A stretch of DNA of 46,103 bases from Basidiobolus meristosporus CBS 931.73 (Eukaryota > Fungi > Basidiobolomycota). The notes under the pieces were generated by a model. That model saw only the letters and a program-made list of their open reading frames with translations, was not told the DNA's origin and searched no databases. Positions 39,009-46,103 of the stretch are shown here, one piece after another. The DNA lies in contig MCFE01000683.1 in assembly GCA_002104905.1 (NCBI GenBank), positions 1-46,103 of the forward strand, written 5' to 3'. A program made the translations under genes and the position numbers. Within the stretch, counting starts at the first letter, position 1. Every line of letters starts with the position of its first letter.

Positions 39009-42000
39009 TGTTGTAAGAGTCTTGGAGATATTGGAAGTGAATGGTGTTGTAAGAGTCTTGGAGATATTGGAAGTGATTTGGAGAACAAGTAGATTATGTG
39101 GTTTTCACTTAATGATTTATTGAATGTAAAAGTAGTATTTATACTTTTACCTGGTCTAGGCATTACAAACATGTAGAATAGGTTAAGGAAGGTCCAAAGA
39201 ACATGTGTGCAAAGTTTGGGGCTGTTTGGACAACTTTGAGAATTCTCATGTTCTGGGTACCTGGTATTTTGGTGAAAATATTCTAAGTAAATCCCAACAA
39301 GGAATTTGGTCAGTATTCTCTAGGATTTGAAGGTGATGATCTAAGTGACTAAGTTAGGTGAATATTTAGGTGGAAATACAAATTTTTACAACACTCCCAC
39401 TCAGCCAAATGTTCATACTGACTAGTCCTAATTTTGACCTAAGATATTCAAACTTGTCTCTAGCTAATGGTTTGGTGAATATGTTCGCAATCATTTCATC
39501 TGTAGAACAGTAAGCTAAGCTAACTAAGTTATTCTCTATAGCTTCACATATGAAATGATGTCTAATATCTATGTGCTTGGTTCTAGCATGAAAAGTTGGA
39601 TTTCTACCTAATTGTATACATCCTTGATTATCTTGAAATAAAGTAATAGGCGTTTTTTGACATAGGCCTAAATCTGTAAAGAGCTTTCTTAACCACATTG
39701 CTTCTTTTGTAGCTTCACAGGCTGCCATATACTCTGCCTCTGTAGTAGAAAGTGCTACGGTTGGTTGCTTTCTTGAATTCCATGAAATTGCTCCTTTACA
39801 GTAAAGAAAGGTGTATCCTGTGGTGGATCTTCTGTCTTCCAAATTTTGTCCCCAATCAGCATCAGAGTATCCCACAAGATCCTGTTCTGAGTCCTTATAA
39901 GTGTATCTTAAGCAGATATCAGCAGTTCCTTTTAGGTATCTAAAAATCCGCTTAACTGCTGCAATATGATCAGATCCATAATTCTGATTATGTTGGCTGA
40001 CAACTCCCACTGAATATGAGATATCTGGACGTGATCCAAGCATGATATACATCAGACTGCCGGCCATAGATTGATAAGGAATGTCAGGGCTTTCAGATGG
40101 CACCAAGCTCTCTTGATTTGGTTGAGTTTTGACCAAGTTAAGGTTTGTCTCCATTGGGGTAGCTGCAGGTTCACAGTCTTCCATTTTGTACTTCTTTAGT
40201 ATATCTTGAATATACTTGGATTGGCTTAGGGTAATAGTCTGGGTACTTCTGTCTATGGAGAACGTAATCCCTAAGTAGTAACTAAGTTCTCCTAGATTGG
40301 ACATCTTGAACTCTTTAGATAGGCTGGATTTAGTTTCTTTCAATGTTTCTAGGTTATTGGCGGCTATAATAAGATCATTCACATGCAGAGCTAATAGAAC
40401 TGGATTTGCTCTATCTGGCCTATAGTATATACTATAGTCAGCATTACTTCTTTTGAAACTCAAGGATTCCAAATAGAATCTATCTTGCAATTCCAGGCTC
40501 TTGGTGATTGTTTGAGACCATATAGTGACTTTTTAAGCTTGCAGACCAAATGGGGGTTATCTTGGTCAGCAAACCCATCAGGCTGGTCCATATACATGTC
40601 CTCATCAAGTTCTGCATTTGAAAATGCAGTTTTTACATCCATTTGATGAATAAGAAACTTATATTGGGCTGCAGTAGCCAATATTAATCTGATGGAATTA
40701 AACTTGGCTACTGGTGCAAAGGTCTCAGTATAGTCAAGTCCTTTTGTTTGAGAGTATCCTTTGGCTACAAGTCTTGCTTTGAATCTTTCAATTGTACCAT
40801 CAGCCTTGTATTTTGTCTTGAAGACCCATCTGCATCCAATTGACTTTTGGTTGATTGGTAACTTGACTAAGTCCCAAGTTTGAATTTCCATCAGGGCCTG
40901 ATATTCCTCAGTCATTGCAGATCTCCAAAACTTTGTCTCAGGGCTATTTAGGGCCTCTTTTACAGTCTGGGGTTCATCAATATGGACTGAATGGGCATAG
41001 GCTAAGTTTGTACCCTCATTAATATAGTAATTTGGACTATTTCTTGTCCAATTGGATCTCCAGGCATTTGATACTGGAATGATCACTTCTGGGATATTCC
41101 TGGGCACTGATTCTGGCTGAACCACGGTTGTAGAGTCCTCTGGAGTGGAATATTTTCATTGTTTTGCTCTGATTCGATCCTGACAATTGGTGGACTTGAG
41201 ATCAAATTTTTGTCATCATCTGATGTCATTTTTTGTGAAAATTTTGCATTTTCATCAAACAAAACACCCCTGGACTTGATCAGCTTCTTTGCTTTGGTAT
41301 TGTAGAGTCTGTATGCCTTACTCTCATTGCAGTAGCCCAAAAATATGCATTTTACACTTTTTGGCTCAAGTTTTGACTGATTTCCGGCCAGTTTTTTGGC
41401 ATATGCTGTACACCCAAATATTCTTAGATGTTCTGCTCTTGGTCTGTATCCATACCATGCTTCAAATGGAGTAGAATCACAAAGTATTCTGTTATAACTC
41501 CTATTTTTAAGGTATACAGCAGTGGCAACTGATTCCGCCCAAAAATCATAGGATAATTTTTGATCATGGATCATAGATCTTGCCATATCAATTATTGATC
41601 TGTTAGCTTGTTCTGCTACTCCATTTTGCTGTGGGGAGTATGGTACAGTAGTCTCTTGCTTTATCCCATGAATTTTGCAGAAGTGGATGAAGAGTTTTGA
41701 GGTATATTCTCCACCTTTGTCAGAGCATATTTTCTTGATTTTTTCACCAGTTTCTCTCTCCACCATGGCTTTAAACTCCCTGAGCTTAGACAAAGCTTCT
41801 TCCTTACTCTCCATGAAGTAGACCCATGTGTATCTTGTAAAATCATCAATAAAAGTGATTAAATACTTCATCCCGCCTAGGATAAATTTTGCATAGGTCC
41901 ACACAGATCTGAGTGAATTAGATCTAACTTTTCCTTAGTTTTGATTAACCCAGAGCTCTTGAACAGTTGTCTGGCTTGTTTCCCATATATGCAGGCGTCA

Positions 42001-43807
42001 CAGTGCTCCAAATTAGCTGGTGGATCAATTTTCACTTCAGAAATTAGCTGATCTTTGTTCATTTTGCACAAATAATCAAAATTGATGTGCCCAAATCTCC
42101 TGTGCCAAAGTATTGGTGTTTCTTCATTTAAGTTACTTATATTGGCTTCCAGATATGATGGAATATAAGTCAACTAGTATAGATTCTGAACTCTGATGCC
42201 CAAAGCAATATGAGCACCATTTTGATCGGTGATCCTGCATCCAGAATTGTCAATACAGAAACTGAGTCCTTCTGCTTTGGCCTTGCTTACAGAGAGTAGG
42301 TTCTTGGCTATTTCTGGTACATAGAGTACTTCTTTAAAGGTCAGTGTATGGCTTCCTTCACTGCTTCTAAGGTTTACTTGGATAGTTCCTTCTCCCACTG
42401 CATCAAGTGCTCTATTGTCACCCATGAAAACCTTCTTAATTGGAATTTCTTGATATTGGGTAAAAAGTTCTTTTTGGTGTGTAAAGTGTTGAGATGCTCC
42501 AGAGTCAATATACCACATCTGAGAATCCTTGTTTGTGGTCATATTTAGTGCAGATATGAATAGTCTATCTTCAGTTGTTGCAGCATTTCCATATTCAGGC
42601 TTCTTTTGCTGATTATCTTTCTTTTTGAGACACCGGTCTGATGTGTGTCCTTTCCTTTTGCAGTAGTTACAAAACAGGTTGCTGTTGCCTTTGTAGGGTC
42701 TTTGGTACCTCCTTTGTTGGTTATCATTGCTTATTAAAGCATTTTCTTCTTCCTTCTTATTGGCGCTTGATTTTCTTAATTCTTCATCCAGGAGCCTTCC
42801 ATATATGTAATTTAAGGTCAAATCTTTAGTTCTGGACTCTGGGGCTGAAACAAGGCCCTGAAACTTGTCTGTCAGGCTATTCAGGATGGTAACTATCACA
42901 TCCTCATCAGTAGTTGGTACACCCACAGATTCCATCTCATCTACCAGCAGGTTAATTCTGTTAATTAGATTTTTCATTTCTTCTCCTGACAGCATCTTTG
43001 TAGTAAAGAATATTTGTCTCAGATATATTTTCTTAGCAGCTGAGCATGACTGGTAGGTGTCCTCTAATGCTTTCCAGGCATTCTTTGCTGTTTTTGCTCT
43101 TGAGCATTGAATTAGCAATTTGTCCTTGACATTAAGGCATATGCAGTTAAAGGCACTTTGTTCTTTCTTCTGGTACTTTAAGGCTTCCTCTCCCACGTTT
43201 TTAGGAGGGCATTCTTCTCCCATGACAATATCCCACAGGCCTCTTTCTTGTAGCAGCATCTTCATCTTCACCTTCCACACTTGGTAGTTAGATCCATCCA
43301 ACTTTTCAGCAGAGGGAAAAATTCCAGTAATAGCAGTAGTAGACATTGCAGAGAGTGACAGCTTGGGGCTCATAACCTGTTGTAAGAGTCTTGGAGATAT
43401 TGGAAGTGATTTGGAGAACAAGTAGATTATGTGGTTTTCACTTAATGATTTATTGAATGTTAAAGTAGTATTTATACTTTTACCTGGTCTTGGCATTACA
43501 AACATGTAGAATAGGTTAAGGAAGGTCCAAAGAACATGTGTGCAAAGTTTGGGGCTGTTTGGACAACTTTGAGAATTCTCATGTTCTGGGTACCTGGTAT
43601 TTTGGTGAAAATATTCTAAGTAAATCCCGACAAGGAATTTGGTCAGTATTCTCTAGGATTTGAAGGTGATGATCCAAGTGACTAAGTTAGGTGAATATTT
43701 AGGTGGAAATACAAATTTTTACAACAAATGGGAGGACAAGTAGATTATGTGGTGTTCTCTTATGATCTATTAAATGTAAAAGTAGTATTTATACTTTTAC
43801 ATGATCT
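39009..43807 (-). repeat. Split LTR of element D (pieces 39009-39044 and 43727-43807), target of elements E and F
   Basis: Removing E rejoins tgttgtaagag...ggaagtg-AATGG-gaggacaagtagattatg..., a variant family LTR. Confidence 0.85.
39045..43726 (-). mobile_element. Full-length (4682 bp) Ty1/copia element E with LTRs 39045-39393 and 43378-43726; gag-pol disrupted
   Basis: 349-bp LTRs differing at 4 positions; AATGG TSD (39040-39044, 43727-43731); PBS 43366-43377; PPT 39394-39403; gag CCHC knuckle (CNYCKRKGHTSDRC), protease DSGAS, integrase HHCC and DDE, RT, RH. One stop, three frameshifts, RT YVDD changed to HVND. Confidence 0.97.
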
Positions 43808-46103
43808 TGTTGTAAAAGTTAGTATTTCCACCTAAATATTCACCTAGCTTAATCACTTAGATCATCACCTTCAAATCCTAGAGAATACTGACCAAACTCC
43901 TTGTTGGGATTCACTTGGAATATTTTCACCAAAATACCAGGTACCCAGAACATGAGAATTCTCAAAGTTGTCCAAACAGCCCCAAACTTTGCACACATGT
44001 TCTTCAGACCTTCCTTAACCTATTCTACATGTTTGTAATGCCAAGACCAGGTAAAAGTATAAATACTACTTTAACATTCAATAAATCATTAAGTGAAAAC
44101 CACATAATCTACTTGTTCTCCAAATCACTTCCAATATCTCCAAGACTCTTACAACAGGTTATGAGCCCCAAGCTGTCACTCTCTACAATGTCTACTACTG
44201 CTATCACTGGAATTTTTCCCTCTGCTGAAAAGTTGGATGGATCTAACTACCAAGTGTGGAAGGTGAAGATGGAGATGCTGCTACAAGAAAGAGGGCTTTG
44301 GGATATTGTCATGGGAGAAGAATGCCCTCCTAAAAACATGGGAGAGGAAGCCTTAAAGTACTAGAAGAAAGAACAAAGTGCCTTTAACTGCATTTGCCTT
44401 AATGTCAAGGACAAATTGCTAATTCCATGCTCAAGAGCAAAAACGGCAAAGAATGCCTGGAAAGCATTGGAAGACACCTACTAGTCATGTTCAGCCGCCA
44501 AGAAGATGTATCTGAGACAAAAATTCTTTACTACAAAGATGCTGTCAGGAGAAGAAATGAAAATCTAATTAATAAAATTACCCTGCTGGTAAATGAGATG
44601 GAATCTGTGGGTGTACCAACTACTGATGAGGATGTGATAGTTACCATCCTGAATAGCCTGACAGACAAGTTTCAGGGCCTTGTTTCAGCCCCAGAGTCCA
44701 GAACTAAAGATTTGACCTTAAATTACATATATGGAAGGCTCCTGGATGAAGAATTAAGAAAATCAAGCGCCAATAAGAAGGAAGAAGAAAATGCTTTAAT
44801 AAGCAATGATAACCAACAAAGGAGGTACCAAAGACCCTACAAAGGCAACAGCAACCTGTTTTGTAACTACTGCAAAAGGAAAGGACACACATCAGACCGG
44901 TGTCTCAAAAAGAAAGATAATCAGCAAAAGAAGCCTGAATATGGAAATGCTGCAACAACTGAAGATAGACTATTCATATCTGCACTAAATATGACCACAA
45001 ACAAGGATTCTCAGATGTGGTATATTGACTCTGGAGCATCTCAACACTTTACACACCAAAAAGAACTTTTTACCCAATATCAAGAAATTCCAATTAAGAA
45101 GGTTTTCATGGGTGACAATAGAGCACTTGATGCAGTGGGAGAAGGAACTATCCAAGTAAACCTTAGAAGCAGTGAAGGAAGCCATACACTGACCTTTAAA
45201 GAAGTACTCTATGTACCAGAAATAGCCAAGAACCTACTCTCTGTAAGCAAGGCCAAAGCAGAAGGACTCAGTTTCTGTATTGACAATTCTGGATGCAGGA
45301 TCACCGATCAAAATGGTGCTCATATTGCTTTGGGCATCAGAGTTCAGAATCTATACTAGTTGACTTATATTCCATCATATCTGGAAGCCAATATAAGTAA
45401 CTTAAATGAAGAAACACCAATGCTTTGGCACAGGAGATTTGGGCACATCAATTTTGATTATTTGTGCAAAATGAACAAAGATCAGCTAATTTCTGAAGTG
45501 AAAATTGATCCACCAGCTAATTTGGAGCACTGTGACGCCTGCATATATGGGAAACAAGCCAGACAACCGTTCAAGAGCTCTGGGTTAATCAAAACTAAGG
45601 AAAAGTTAGATCTAATTCACTCAGATCTGTGTGGACCTATGCAAAATTTATCCTAGGCAGGATGAAGTATTTAATCACTTTTATTGATGATTATACAAGA
45701 TACACATGGGTCTACTTCATGGAGAGTAAGGAAGAAGCTTTGTCTAAGCTCAGGGAGTTTAAAGCCATGGTGGAGAGAGAAACTGGTGAAAAAATCAAGA
45801 AAATATGCTCTGACAATGGTGGGAGAATATACCTCAAAACTCTTCATCCACTTCTGCAAAATTCATGGGATAAAGCAAGAGACTACTGTACCATACTCCC
45901 CACAGCAAAATGGAGTAGCAGAACAAGCTAACAGATCAATAATTGATATGGCAAGATCTATGATCCATGATCAAAAATTATCCTATGATTTTTGGGCGGA
46001 ATCAGTTGCCACTGCTGTATACCTTAAAAATAGGAGTTATAACAGAATACTTTGTGATTCTACTCCATTTGAAGCATGGTATGGAAACAGACCAAGAGCA
46101 GAA
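43808..46103 (+). mobile_element. Copia element F (5' LTR 43808-44156, PBS 44157-44168, gag-PR-IN pseudogene), runs off the window
   Basis: 349-bp LTR, GGTTATGAGCCC, near-identical to E in reverse orientation, with extra stops and indels. Confidence 0.95.

Noticed and set aside
45644-45656. A-AAT-TTA slippery heptamer (RSV-type) just before the shared integrase frameshift, and possible TAG read-through after protease
   Set aside because: The old copy reads QVLSDGG without a shift and has AAG at the stop position; the copia consensus S-x-G-G fits loss of one C from TCC-CTA. These are lesions, not programmed recoding.

Overview
Eukaryotic, fungal DNA: a ~30 kb island (about 6.3-36.6 kb) of genes with short (~50-80 nt) spliceosomal introns, flanked on both sides by strongly CpG-depleted nests of one Ty1/copia LTR-retrotransposon family (~349-bp LTRs, half-tRNA-iMet primer site). 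Island genes: START-domain lipid-transfer protein, RFX transcription factor, NMD3, complex I PSST subunit (NDUFS7), CYP51/ERG11, RIT1, an intronless bacterial-type GH13_5 alpha-amylase, two convergent ethylene-receptor-like genes, a ZRANB2-like splicing factor and a possible GSKIP-domain protein. The gene content suggests an early-diverging fungus, possibly Basidiobolus-like (inference only). Highlights: (1) two ETR1-type ethylene-binding+GAF receptors with no kinase domain, whose 851-bp cores form a 98.9%-identical inverted repeat while their termini and introns are strongly diverged, pointing to gene conversion and possibly an invertible segment that swaps C-terminal tails; (2) an AT-AC (U12-type) intron needed to rebuild the RFX DNA-binding domain; (3) a probable bacterial HGT amylase; (4) a five-level self-nested copia stack. 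Exon structures were inferred by eye; alignments and counts were done by hand.
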